The notes under the pieces: model-generated | What the model saw: only the letters and a program-made list of their open reading frames with translations | The model's database searches: none | Told to the model about the DNA's origin: nothing | Made by a program: the position numbers and the translations under genes | NCBI GenBank assembly: GCA_038087875.1 | Contig: CM075990.1 | Span: forward strand, 13,456,001-13,520,000 | Source: Malacoraja senta | Lineage: Eukaryota | DNA length: 64,000 bases | Reading direction: 5' to 3' | In this document: positions 12,633 through 26,234 of the stretch, one piece after another | Layout: each line of letters starts with the position of its first letter | Numbering within the stretch: the first letter of the stretch is position 1

Positions 12633-15600
12633 TGTTAACCATCTCATACTTCTGTAAAAGAAAAGGAGGTTTCTATGACTATTTGGGGCAACACCTCTCC
12701 CTCAATCAATATCATATACTAACTGACTTCTATTACATTTATGTTTCCATGATCTTCTTTGACATATTTTGCTATCTGTTCTGCAAAATCTAACACCAGT
12801 TGCTGCATTTACAATATTGTAGCTGAAATACTTCAATAGGTTATGGGAAGAAGTGCCAAATAAATGGAAGTCTAATATCTTTCCTTCAGCATTCTGCTTA
12901 TTGTCATACCTACATTTTCCTTGTCTTTTGCCAATGGAATATCTTGCAGCTGTCTTACTTTATGTACTTTTAATTAGAATCAATTCCACTACAATTGTAC
13001 GAATTATACACATACACAGGAACCTTTCAGCTCTTCACAGTTCCTCATCCTACCACAACCAGAGAGCAATGTTGAACTGCTATCTAATTCATTGCTGACC
13101 CTCGTACTATCCTTGATCGGACTTTGCTGGCTTTCCCTTGCACTAAATGTTATTTCCTTATCATGTATCTATACACTGTAAATGGCTCGATTGTAATTAT
13201 GTTTTGACTTTCTGCTGACTGGTTAGCACACAACAAAAGCTTTTCACTGTACCTCGGTACACGTGACACTAAACTAAACTGAAGCGTTCAAAACTTATCT
13301 CAAAGACCCATTTGCATTGCTTTTAACATCTGTCTCATCTATTTATCCAATTCTTTCACAATCATCTCTGCCTTGGCCATACTCTAATGTAAACATTAGT
13401 TGGTCCAAGAATCCATGAGGTAAAGAAATAATTTCCACAGAAGAAGCATCATCATGGAGCATCACATCTGGCTATGCCCTTTCCATTAGTTTGAGAGCAT
13501 ACTGAGATAAAGGAACCTTTTGTTCGTATAACACAAAGTATGTGAATTTATGATGTGCTTTGATTTACTTTGGGACAAAATAAATCAACACTTGCAACAT
13601 TTCATGGGATAAATTGTCAGTTACTGAAATTATGACTAAGATGAAATTAAATTTAGTTTGAGAAGACAAACTGTTCATGAGAACCCATCTGCCAGTTGAA
13701 AAACACACTTTGTGCTGTCAGGTAGTTTACAGTTAATGATTAGTTCAACTGATTTGTTATCGTTGTTTGTTCAGTGAGGAGACTGGATACTGTACACAAT
13801 GTGAAATACTGAAATAAAGAATTATTCCCTTCCTTGGGGGAAAAAAAGCACAGCATTCCTATGTTTTCTTTCTGGCGCTGAACATCAGATTTCAATGTAT
13901 CCATTTTCGCTTTAATTGACTTAAGTGCATGGTGGATAAGATTCTGTAATGCAATTACCTGGTCCCAAAATCACAAACCATCCATTCAATTCTTCCTTGA
14001 ATGTTATTCAGAGATCAGTATCTGGAACTCTTTGCCAAAGGAGATGGTTGAGTCAGATACAATCACGATATATAAGAGACATATTTAGAAAGCACTTAAA
14101 TAGGCAAGGCATACACAGAAAGAAATGGACCCAATGCAGGCCAATGGGATTAATGTAGATGGCAAAAGGTTGGCATGAACTTGGTGGAACAAATAGGCCA
14201 GTTTCTGTGTTATACATCTAAAATGCTGGGAACATTTCTTTGTGGTACTAACCAGTTCAAAGACAGCTCTGAATGTTCTGTTCTCTAATCTGCTGAGTGT
14301 TTTCAGCATTTTTTTGCTTTTACGACAATGTCCAGATTTAATTGACTTACTGCTCCACCCACCCCTCTCATTTCCCAAATTGATGAGCTGGATGAAAATG
14401 GAGTACTACAGCATCTTTTTGAACTATGATTTGCAGTTTATCGCCCTATTTCATTGTCTTTCTTTCAGATTGTTTTGCTCTATTTTTTATTGCATGGCTT
14501 CATCTTAAAAATAACAAAATGGTGGGTTGATATCTGGGGGAACAAACCCTTTCAGCACTTTAATGTTTCCACGTGGTAATAAGAGAACTTAATGACATGA
14601 AAAACATGTTTTATTACATTAAATGATGAAAAATTAATTAAAAACATGTGGTATAAAAGTATTCTGGTGAGAATTGAAACAGACATGAAAAATATTACAT
14701 GTCTCGGCCTCTGGACTTTTACTTCCTAAAACTCTTGGTTTGAACTTTTTCCATCTCCTTCAAACTTATTTGACCGAGGATTTTATCACATCTTGTTGTT
14801 ATTCTTGTCTTGTTATTTGGCTCTGTGTCAAATTCTTTTGATTGATGAAGCAACTTTCAGAGTGTCCTCAGAACTTGCACGGACGAGCTAGCAGAAGTAT
14901 TCATAGACATTTTTAGCCTCCTTATTATAACCTGTAGTTCCCATGTGCTTAAGCTAATGATTACCATACTGGTGCCAAAGAAAAATAAGGTAGGGTGCCT
15001 TAATGACATACACCATCGTGAAGTACTTCAGGAGGCAGGTCATATTCATATTACCTCCAGCCTTGATCCACTGTAGTCCACCTACTGCCATAACAGTGCA
15101 TTGCAGAAGCCATCTCCCGGCCCTACATTAATGCAATCTCCAAACTCCGAGACCAAGGACTCAGGACCTATTCTGCAACTGGATCCCAGCCTTTTTGACC
15201 AAATCAGTAAGGAGAGGCAGCAAAACAGCCTCATGATTATTTTCAACACCCAAAGCTGTGTGTTTCAGCTGCTTATTATACACCCTCTGCACTCACAACT
15301 GTGCAGCTAAATTCTGTTCCAACTCCATTCATAGTGGGCAGGATCTGAAACAATGACAACATGGAGCACATGAAGGAGATTGAGAGCTTAGTAGCCTGTT
15401 GTTAAGATAACAACTTTCTAACCAAAAGGCAAAAATGCTACCAAATGAAAAAAATGGTTACATAAATATATGGATTGTTTAAGAAGTCCTGAAATGGAGG
15501 CATAGATCATTTGGTTTCTCCAATCTGTTCCATTGATTAAAAACATTGCGACCCAATGCAGGCATGAGGCACAAAACCTTATCTTCCATCTCAGTACATT

Positions 15601-16650
15601 GTAGCCTTTCTAGACTCAATATCAAATTCTTCAATTTTAGGTAATTGATATTAGGTATCAGAACTTGCCATTTCTACCCATCTTCATTTTGGTTCAGGTT
15701 TTCGTTTCCTGTTTGTGTAATCTGGTTGCTGGGTATCATAAGTTCCTAAGGGATATGAGTAGAATCAGGCCATTTGGCCCATCAAGTCTACTCAGCCGTT
15801 CAATCATGGCTGATCTATCTCTCCCTCCAAACCCCATTCTCCTGCCTTCTCCCCATAACCTCTGGGTACATTCCAACAAACATTATACAGACAAAGATGC
15901 ATAATGCCACAGGAATTAATTTGGCCTCACCCTGTCAGAAATATCCCTTTTTTTTTGCTATCCTTCCCTCCCCTATCTTCGCTGCTACTGAAAGTTTATT
16001 TGTAACCTTCTCTTTCGCAGCTCTGACAAAGATTCACAGACCTGTATCCCTAATTGCTTACCATACCTGCATATTTACTTTACATATCACATGAGCCAGA
16101 ATACTGGGGATTCTTTGTAGACCAACGTTTATTAGGTTTAATACATATTTTGTTTTTCTTTTATTCATATCAAAGCACATAACTTCACATTTTTCCTCTA
16201 TACACCATTTGCCAGTTTCGAGGACACATACTTAACCTGTCCAAATCTCCTTGTAATCACTTTGCATCCTCCTCACTTTTCCTCCAAGCCCTTGATATAC
16301 ACATAAACATATGAATTAGAAATGTAAGACAACCTGCTCATTCCATATATATGTTTAGTAAGCCTTGTTTGAACGGCTTCCACTGTATAAACATCCTTCC
16401 TCACTAAACACAGTACCCCAGTTGTGGTCTCACCACACTCTATAAAACGGAAGCATAATCTCTCTATTTCTGTAATCCATTACTTTGCAATAAACAACGA
16501 CATTATGTTAGCTTTCATAATTACATGCTGTACATATATACTAACCATTAATGAATCATGCACCAGGACACCCAGATCCCTCTGCATCTCAGAATTCTGC
16601 AGTCTCTCACCATATAGATAATATGCTCTTTTATATTAACTGTCAAAATG

Positions 16651-17010
16651 TTTGGCAAACGTGGATGTGGAGAGGATGTTTCCACTAGTGGGAGAATCGA
16701 GGACTAGAGGTAATTGCCTCAGAATTAAAGGACATTCCTTAAGGAAGGAGATGAGGAGGAATTTATTTAGTCTGAAGGTGGTGAATCTGTGGAATTATTT
16801 GCCACAGAAGGCTGTGGAGGCCGTCAATGGATATTTTTAAGGCAGATTAAGGCAGATTCTTGATTAGTACAGGTGTCAGTGGTTATGGGGAGAAGGCAGG
16901 AGAATGGGGTTAGGAGGGAGAGATAGATCCGCCATGATTGAATGGTGGTGCAGACTTGATGGACAGAAAGGCCTAATTCTGCTCCTATCACATGATCTTA
17001 TGACCTTATG
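16651..17010 (+). mobile_element. CR1 LINE 3' fragment
   Basis: MFPLVGESRTRG...VVNLWN.LPQKAVEA plus the CR1 3' UTR. Confidence 0.85.
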
Positions 17011-20000
17011 AAAATGATTAATTTCACATTTGCAAAATCATACTCTTATTTGCTATATTTTAGTTCACTCACTTTACTTCACTATATCCTTTTGTAGCCT
17101 CCTCATGACCTCTTCACAAGTTACTTTCCCACTTTGTGTCATCGGGCAACTTAGCAATTACCGTATATACCTTCTGTGCCTTCAAGTTATTTTTGGAAAC
17201 TGAATTTTGAATCCAAACTGACCCAACTAGTCATAATCTGCCAAACCAAAAGTGTCCATTTTGTTCCTACTCTCGGCTTTCTGTTCTTTGCCAAACCATT
17301 ATTGGCCATTATTTTATGTAACAATCCTTTGTATAGTACCTCGTCAAACACTTTAAAAAAATGTTGCTTAACCTCCTTCTGTTCTATTACATCAAATCAT
17401 CCCATTCACTCCTATTTTTGAAAAGCACAATGTAGAATGTCATTCCCCAATCGCTCCTGAAAGTAAAGAATTCATTTGGACTAAATAACCTCTTAATCAC
17501 TCCACGATGAACAATGCCCCTGAGCCACATCACTTATCATTCAGTGTGCAAAATTCCTGGTCACAGTTACAAAATATTCCTTTGTATTGTGCAATATTTA
17601 TCATTGATTATACAAGTCATACACATTGGTTTTTTTTTTATAAGTAAGGCACACGGATTATTTTATAAGCATGTGTTGTTGCCAAAATGCAAATATTACA
17701 CCTTTAACAGTTTTATCTTGACATAAGTTATAATTCAAGTGCAAGAATTCTTGGCAGGTTAGTTATGCCAAAATCCATTCATCTATTCACTAATGTCAAT
17801 GGTTTAGGACAGCTTAAAGGAATTCAGAATTACATTTACATTGGCAAGACTCCAGTAGTTACTGAATAATGGGAGTGCCACAGTGATCTATAGGATGAGC
17901 GATTAAACAGATCAGCATTTGAGAAACTAGGAATCGAGGACCATTAATCTGTTACAAAGTGTGCATCTGGAATAATAAGCTGTTGATTTAACCCTTTCCA
18001 GTTACACTTCTGTACTGAACAAATGTCAAAATAATTCAACTAATTCTGGTGCATGTCATAAATTAGAGGTAAATGATTATGTTACTTTGCTGTATAAGGA
18101 GATTCGCTTGACACTGTAATGAAATGGTCCCCTATTTTCATGAAGCTTTAGCTCCAACAGATTTGCACATCTAAAATACAAGACAAAGGAAATTAAACAC
18201 AAATTTATTAATGCTCAATGCATTGACCGTTAATTGAAGAAATGAATTTCAACACAAATTTAGTTGGGTGGCTGACATTCAAGCAATTACAATAAAATAT
18301 AAATAAACACACACAAGAAACTGCAGTTCCTGGAACCTTGAGTTATCACTTTGAATTGTTCAATCTGTTTCTCTCTTCTTTGTTGACGGCTGCCCCGCTG
18401 AATATCTTTTTCAGATTTTAAGTTTATTTTACTTCTTCATTATTGTCCTAGAGTGTCTTGTGATCCTGATCACTGGAGGGATTGAGTTATCAAGCTAATA
18501 ATCAGGCTTCAAAATTCAGTGGAGCTGGAAGGAGAAATGAAACAAATCCTTCTGATTCCATTAATTTTAAATCATTGTGTTGTTCCCTTTTATGCATATT
18601 CAGTAGGACTGTATGTAGATTTGAAATACACAGATCATGTGTTAATTTTGTTCAGGCAGTCCAATTTCAGGAAAGAAACCAGAAATGGCTTCATGGTTCC
18701 CATTGCTGCATGTAGAAGGGATTATTGTCTTTTTCTGAACTCTTGGCTATTACTATATTTTGTTTTGGCTGCAATGTCACAAAAGCAATAGAACTGAAAC
18801 GGTGCAGAGATGAGCAACAAGGTGATGGAAAGTATAAGGAAGATGAGTTATAAGGAAAGCTTAACAGAACAAAAGCTTTGCAGTTTAGGTTAAGTGGGGC
18901 CCTCATGAAAGTATATAAAACATTTTCTAGATAGGCAATGTAAGTGCTGAATATTATTAAATCACGAAAGTAGGGCCAGGAGAAATAAGTGGAAGTGAAT
19001 GAAAAGTTAATTGAAAACAGATATGTTATCTGATGCTTTGCTCAGTATGATAAATGTTAAAATTATCTGCTAAACCAATGAAAGCAAAAATATTGGAGTT
19101 GTTTAAATTATTATTGGATGATATTATGTGGTAATCAAGTCAACTTTGTTGCAAAGTTTTGGTATTGAAGGGATAAGTAATAATAGGCATTAATGGGTTG
19201 GCTCTTCATGGGTGACTTGGCATACCAGAGGGATAACCTTCAGTCGCTTGTGTGGTCTTTTCTTGTATCTGACTTTTACGCTGAGTCAAAATAAAAAATA
19301 ACTTTAAATTGTAACTGCTCAAGTTGTAAAATTGCCAGTCATAATCTTGTTTGATTATCTTAGTCAAGGCTATTTTCTATGTTTCTATGTTTCTAATTTC
19401 CATCAATTGTAATCTACGATGATTATTTTATCTTCCACTGGATAGGAAGTATAGATTGAACAAAGATATGGAAAATGTCCCATCTCGTTTTGGCATTAAA
19501 GAAACAGCGCAGGTTGCTCCATTTGTGAAATTAGCATTGGTACCTGTCCATGGGAGGTTTGCAGAACAGTGATGTTGGGGATTTGCCGGTGTGCAATAAC
19601 CTGAAAATGACAAATGTTTTCCATGCTGTGTTGTGTAAGCAGGTAAGATCTTCGTAAGCTAACAATCTCCCAACTCTGGGACAGTGTTGCCAATTGGTGA
19701 AGAAGGCTTATGGTATGCTTACTTTCACTTGACAGGGTATTGAGTACAATAGTTGGGATGTCATCTGTTAGTGAGTCCACACCTAGAATTTTGTGTGGAA
19801 TTATTGGAATATTTGTGGAATATTGGAACATTTGTTTTCAGATAATATATAGAGGAATTAAGTTCTTCTTGGCCAGTCTTAAGTCATTAAACCATTCTTG
19901 TATCATGGAACAATATTGAGAGAGCAGGCAGTGGAGGAGAGAAATGGGTGACAACATCTTGCTGTCAATGAGAACGAGAGGCTGAAGTGTCATTCTGTTG

Positions 20001-20053
20001 ATCATTGTGGACTCTTGAGCACTAAGGATAATCAGAATATTCTTCTCTTTTAG

Positions 20054-20192
20054 TGCCTTTATCAGGTTCTCCTGCATGCAGGTACTCAACAAGGAGATAG
20101 CCCGACCAATTCCAGTGCCGTTGTGAGCGTCCTGTTCCCCTGACATTCCAGATTGTTATTGGAGATGATCATAACCATTCTGTCATCTGCAG
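20054..20192 (+). CDS. HGSNAT: HGSNAT-like coding exon 3, with an apparent 1-nt deletion (frameshift) in the C run at 20137-20140
   Basis: tcttctcttttag|TGC CTT TAT CAG GTT CTC encodes CLYQVLL (human CLFQVLV). The frame reaches TGA at 20141. The shifted frame reads LTFQIVIGDDHNHSVIC-AG|GTAAAG (human ...KEVCR). The exon is 139 nt; 140 nt would join exon 4 in frame. Confidence 0.8.
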
Positions 20193-21244
20193 GTAAAGAT
20201 AAGTTACCTTTTGCAATGTGGCTATTATTTTTAATGTGTGAAACATCCATGAAGTCCATTCTTATCCAACTTCTTCCAGCCATTCCCACTTTCCCCTGAT
20301 TTTGCTGCTTATGTCTTCCTATAAAATGAATTCCTGTTTGACTTTATGTTTATCTTTCATAATTTCTTCAAAGTCGTTTCAACTAATTAAAGAACCCTGG
20401 AATAGTAATTCAACAGATAAACAGCTGAGTCAAAATAACATGAGGCTGTACCTGAAAATGTTTGGAAGAAGATGGATAATAGGTGACTCGTGTAGTTGAG
20501 AACCTGAGAGCATCGTAACGTGTGAAGGTATCTGCAGTACTGCAATGATCAACTGTAGTCCAGCTGATACAAATAAATTGCCTGTGCTGGGAAATTGAAC
20601 CAAGCCGAATTTGTGCAGTTAAACTTTCCATTTCAACTTCTCTCGTTGGAAATCTGATGCGATAAGACTTGCTGTCTAACATTTTCTAACTTTGTTTCAG
20701 AATTCCAGCATTCATGGTTATTTGCATTTCTATTGCAGGAAATAGAGCATAGTTTTGCTCTGAAACTACGTTACTTTCAGCTCAGGTTATTTGCATGGTA
20801 AAGCTCCCTTTATTAAATCTTAATAATGCAGATTTAACGTCAGTGTCAAGCAAGCATCAATATTGCACGTGAGACGCTTCTAATTCACACCACAGCTTCC
20901 CAATGACTCCTAAGGGGGCAACTGTTCATTTTCTTAACTGTGGCAATTACGAGCAACGGATTTGCACTCAGTTTATAATGGAAACCTCTTAAACAAAACT
21001 GCAAAATGATCAGTATTTCACCAGCAAGGTTAAGATTAAACACCTTGACCAGAGGTGAAAGGCCAGTGCTGATCTTAGTGGAGCAGGGATTCATGTTCAT
21101 TACACATTATGTAGCACTAAACCATTATTCCCAACATTTTAACATTGTTCACTTATTTCATTCCACTCTCTCGGTACGATCACTTTATCAAAATGCATTT
21201 GTAAAGTTGATAAGAGTTATGAAAATAAGTTACTAAATACTAAA

Positions 21245-21568
21245 TGGGCGGCACGGTGATTCAGCGATAGATTTGCTGCCTTACAGCACTTACAGCGCCA
21301 GAGACCCGGGTTTGATCCTGACTACAGGTGCTGTCTGTACGGAGTTTGTACAGTATGTTCTTCCCCGATTGCGTGGATATTGTCCGAGAGCTTCGGTTTC
21401 CACCCACACTCCAAAGTCGTACATATTTGTAGGTTAATTGGCTTGGTATAAATGTAAATTGTCCCTAATGTGTGTGGAATAGTATTAATGTGTGGGGATT
21501 GCTGGTTGGTTCGGACTCGCTGGGCCCAAGAGCCTGTTTCCGCGCTGTATGTCTAAACCAAACTAAAT
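21245..21568 (+). mobile_element. tRNA-derived V-SINE (HE1-like)
   Basis: GGGCGGCACGGTG head with A/B-box remnants, V-domain (GGAGTTTG...GGTTTCC.CCCACA), CR1-like 3' hairpin and (CTAAA)n tail. Confidence 0.8.
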
Positions 21569-22702
21569 ACAGCTGCAATCGGGAGAGGAAAGGAAAATGG
21601 CTTTCTCTTTGTAAGGATGTAAATCCAAGAGCAGACGGGCCTTCTTTCCAATGATCCACAATTTGATTCATTAGAAATGTTAGATTTATCCCTGAATTTT
21701 GCAAATCGTCAACATTTCCACTAGAATGCCCTTTTTTTTTAAGGCACTGGAGACTCCTGATCTGAATGAGCACTTTTAAAGCTTAAATCAGACATGGTGC
21801 ATATGATTGATAGGGATGAGGAAAGCTTTAAACTTTGGGAGGATATAAATGATCTGCGCAGTTGGACAAAAAAGTGGCAAATTAAATTTTCCCAGAAAAA
21901 TATGAGGTAATGATGTGAAGACAAGGGAACATAAAATAAATCTGGGGATATTGGGAAGGTTGGAGGAATATAAGCACCTTGGAATATATAAGCGTTGACC
22001 TGAATGATGGCGTGACAGGTCTATAGGATGTTTATATAGGGATATGGGATGTTTTCCTTTATTAGCTATGGCATAGAATGTAGTAGCACAGAGGCAAATG
22101 CTAGAATTTTGTACAATACTTGTCAGACCACATCTTAATACTACACTTTTGGCCACCACATTACAGGAAGGATGTTTGAACTGGATAGGGTGAAGGATAT
22201 TTCCAAGTATGTTGGCCGGACTGGAAAATTATAGCTATGAGGAAAGATTGGTTATGCTGGTATATTTTTCACTTGAACAGAGAAGCTTGAAGGGAAATTA
22301 AGCTGAGGTGTATAATATTTTATGTGGCCTCGATAAATAGGAAAGGTCCTTTTGCAAAGATTTAAAATAGTTGACAGAAGAATTAGAAGGGTGATGGATA
22401 AAGTTTTATTCCCATCCAGAAGATAGTAGAAATGTGGAACTCACTACCTGGATGTGAACTTTCAGTCAATAACTCAAGCACTGGAAGGATGGATAGATTT
22501 TTTTTTATGATCAGCATCGACACTTCACTGGCAATAAAATGGTATTTCCTCCAAAATAATCCTTTCAGCCTCTTGCTGCTCCCACTCAAACAGATTAACT
22601 TGACACTTTTGTTTTGGCGAAGTCTGCAAAAGGATTGTGCATCACTGCAAATGTTCCTTCCTTTGTGTGTTGGGCAGTTAAAACCGAAGGTGCTGGGACA
22701 TT

Positions 22703-23800
22703 TAGAATAGAATAGAATAGAATGCCTTTTATTGTCATTCAAACAGACAAGGTTTGAACAAAATTTCATTCCTGCAGTCATGACATTACAAAAAAAACAA
22801 GACACACACTTAACACAATTTACACAAACATCCATCACAGTGAATCTTCAACATCTCCTCACTGTGATGGAAGGCAAACCAAACACCAAACCCAAACCCA
22901 TTAGGAGCAGACGAGGACATTCGATCCAATTTGAGATTCCAGCTACCAAGACAGATGTGTACAGCAATTCATTCTTCCCCCGCACAATTAAAGCATGGAA
23001 TAATCTTCACCCTACCATAGTTACCCAACCAGATGCAACTAAATTTAAGGTAGCTCTTTCTTCCCAAAAACCCTTTCTGGCTTAAGTCCTCCCTCCACCA
23101 CCTCCAGTTTAAATTCCATTTGGAATATTTTGGAGGACCAAGAAACCAAGAACCAAGAAGGCAAAAGTCTTATCTCTTCCCTTTGTTCTTCTCCCACGGT
23201 CCAGCAGTCCAACTGCAGCGTCGAGGCGACTGGGGCTCACGATGTTAAAGCCCCAAGCGGGCGATGGTAAGTCCCGCGGCCGTTTATGCCGCGCCGGGCG
23301 ATGTTAGGCCCCACTCTGAGTCATTTAAACCCCGCGATTCCGGCGGGAGAAGTTGCCGTTGCGGGGAGCTCCGAAAAGCGGTCTCCCACCAGGGACCTGC
23401 GAGCTCCCGACGTTCCTGTCCACCTGGCCTGCGGCCGGAGCCTCCGAAGCTCCGAAGTCGGGTTGCAGCCGCGCGCCACCACAGCTCTCCCCGCTCTGAA
23501 GTCGGCCTGCTCCGCGATGGCGAGTCCGCAGGCTCCGCGACTGGAGCCCTCAGGTTGGTTCCGGTTGGAGGCCGCTGCCGGCTCCACGATGGTAGGCCCA
23601 ACGACACCGGAGACCCGAAAGTCTGGTCCCCGTACAGGGAAGAGAGTAAACGGTTTCCCCCAACCCCCCCCCCCCCCCCACATATACACAGCTAAAAAAT
23701 AATAAAAATTAGAACTAAAAACATACAGCTAACGGGACAAAAATTTAAAAAAGACAGGCGGACTGCAGTCGAGCCGCTGCCGTTAGGTGCCGCCACACTC
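22703..23800 (-). mobile_element. GC-rich non-autonomous retroelement with a Rex1-like 3' end and (TTCTA)n tail
   Basis: 3' end GAAATTTTGTTC...GAATGACAATAAA on the minus strand. A second truncated copy lies at ~47700-47880. No recognisable protein. Confidence 0.6.
22879..23156 (+). mobile_element. RTE-X-like LINE 3' fragment nested in the previous element
   Basis: Encodes ...TDVYSNSFFPRTIKAWNNL...; CCAAGAA-type tail. TSD GAAGGCAAA at 22870-22878 and 23157-23165. The empty site is visible in the 47850-47872 copy. Confidence 0.7.
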
Positions 23801-25319
23801 CAGCAGAATTTGAAATGAAAGCAGAAAATGGTGGAAACACTCAGCAGAATTTGTGGAGAGAGAAACAGGTTAATGTTTTAGATTGATTACCTTTCATCAA
23901 AAACCACGTAGCATTTCTGCGTTTTCTGGTTTTATTGTAGATAATTTATTTAACTGAATGGGGTTCCCAGCCAGGGATTGACAATTATTGCAGGAGCAGT
24001 GAAGAAAGGTCCTGCCCTGCCCCAACTTGTTAGACTCTTCACAGATGCTGCCTGGCCCACTGTGATCTTCCACCATTTTCTTTTGTAAAGCAACACAGTT
24101 CTTTTGTGAGGTCTCAATTCCAGATCCTACTTAAAACAGCATGACCAATTATTCCAGGGCAACACTTTTAGGAAGCATTGTGCAGGAAATTATGCCTCTC
24201 TACCTAGATGATAAATGTTAATGTAGACGTCCAGCATTGGAGTAGTGCAATTTGTGACCAAAACTGTGCAGTTGAATTTCCAGAAGTTGTGATATGATGC
24301 AGAAATTGTGGTACTTGTGTTTTACTCTGGGAACAAGTGATTTTCATTTGCGTAGAACTGGAAAAAGTACCAGACAATTAAATTTCTAGGTGGTAACCTT
24401 TTTCTTTTGACCCTTAAGTCAAACATGATTGTTGAAAGTAGCATGTATGAAATACTTAACCATTATATTGGGCGACTTTCTCACTTGTGAACTTGAATTG
24501 AAATCCAAATGAGTACTTCCATTCCATTACTTTGGAAATCCAAATTGATTCAAAGTGGTAAAGTGATTAATTTCTATCTAAAGGGGTTCTTCATCGTATT
24601 ATTCACAAATCTAAAGCAGCCCCCCACTATGTACTCTTTCCTCCCAATTCATAAAGTAGTAAATTGTTTTTATTAATGTTAGTTGTCCTACTTCTAGGTA
24701 TTATAATGGGTGGGGTTGTGTTGTGGAAGGGGAACTCTGCATTGATTTGGAATTCAATTGGAAATTTGAGCATGAATGATTGTAAATGAACCGGGAACAA
24801 AACCCTTTGATGCTTCTTTTCTTAAGTAATTTACCAGATACAGTTCTTTTATGTCCTCTTTAGTACATAGTGGCAGGTTTTAATCTATTATTAATCATCT
24901 AAATTAACAAAAACAAAAGCTTTCAGTTGTCTTGATAGAAGATAGAAGTCAATATCCCTGTTGAATTGATCCCTGTTTGTTTCTAAATTATTCTGCTTGG
25001 TTTCAAACAATAACACTGAAAATAAATGTTTGCAAAATATCTATACAGAACACATCTGTGTACAATCATTTACCTTTTGAATGATGCTCTAACAGTGCAA
25101 TACTGAGGGAATGTTTTATATTAAATGTTAACCTGGGACATTGTCACTGGATTTTCAGTATTGATAGAGCAGATTTTTCCCAATGTCCTGCCAACAGTTC
25201 TGCATAAAATTAAATTCCAAGATTCTCCTCCAAGCTCTTCGAGAGGCATTCATATGCTGAAAACACATTTTCTTAAATGAGGTCCATTTCCAGTTTGAAG
25301 CCAGAGGCTATGATATTCT

Positions 25320-25410
25320 AAGGTAGACAAAATTGCTGGAGAAACTCCGCGGGTGCGGCAGCATCTATGGAGCGAAGGAAATAGGCAACGTTTCGGGTCG
25401 AAACCCTTCT
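25320..25410 (-). mobile_element. Short Penelope-derived element
   Basis: Reverse complement of the family tail and a partial core. Confidence 0.7.
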
Positions 25411-25749
25411 ACGACATTCACTCACATGCAATGACATTTCCTCCTTGATTTCACCCCACTGTGGCGAGTGGAGTCTGCAAATTATAAGTGTGGGGGATGA
25501 GGTGATATTCACCATGAATTAGAGGATACAAGAAGAACTGACTTTATAAGGAAATTTCACATCATGGACACCCCACAGCTAATGCTGACCAGACCTCAAC
25601 TCTGATTAGAAACTACTCAAGTGTACAAGGCCCAGTTACTTCATGCCTGGTTAAAAGTCATTTGGATTATTTAATCATGTATAATATGCTGACCAGCATT
25701 ATGACATGCCCTGCAGTTTCCTTGTATGTGCATCTCGTAAGCATGGACA

Positions 25750-26225
25750 GCCTGGAACTAATTTCTGCAAGTGGCATTCTGACACGTAAAAGCCCTTTTC
25801 ACTTATAGAGACTGGGGTACTGGGGTTTTTAGATAAAATTCAATCACATGGTGCATTACTATGTTACAGCATATCAGCCAACAGAGAAAAATAATATTTG
25901 AAGACAATGACCTCAAACTGTGCACGAATGTATTGTATGCTTGGGAGACATGGGCTACTTACAATGCACCTCAAAATATTGGAGATATATTCACCAATGC
26001 AGCCTCTATGACATTCTACAAATCCATTGGCAGGAAACAAATGAATCAACATCAGCAACTTTACCACATGGCCACATTTTCTCCAACACCAGACGAGCAG
26101 AACAGGCACTCTCTGCATTCTCACCATGGCAAGAGGTTTCCTTGAGAACTGAGAAAACAGCTCCATCATTGGCTGTGGGAAACTCTCAAAATGGAAAAGA
26201 AGCATCTGGCAAGGCATTGGAAATG
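25750..26225 (+). mobile_element. Old RTE-clade LINE remnant
   Basis: Frameshifted pieces VLYAWETWATY and HQCSL..ILQIHWQE resemble the RTE motifs LLY..ETWT.Y and HQ.CLR.IL.I.WQD. Confidence 0.55.
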
Positions 26226-26234
26226 TCGTTTTAT

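Noticed and set aside
20141..20143. In-frame TGA in HGSNAT-like exon 3 read as selenocysteine or readthrough
   Set aside because: The conserved terminal Cys and the phase needed for exon 4 are in a different frame, so readthrough would not rescue the protein.
19428..20146. Minus-strand ORFs suggesting a nested gene or transposase
   Set aside because: No recognisable domain; they overlap a small CR1 piece and the antisense of HGSNAT-like exon 3.
21245..21340. tRNA gene (and similar heads at 3428, 11296, 45025 and 58639)
   Set aside because: tRNA-derived SINE heads that continue into a V-domain and LINE-like tail.
23264..23702. Four overlapping ORFs of 107-143 aa
   Set aside because: Expected in GC-rich repeat DNA; no recognisable motifs.
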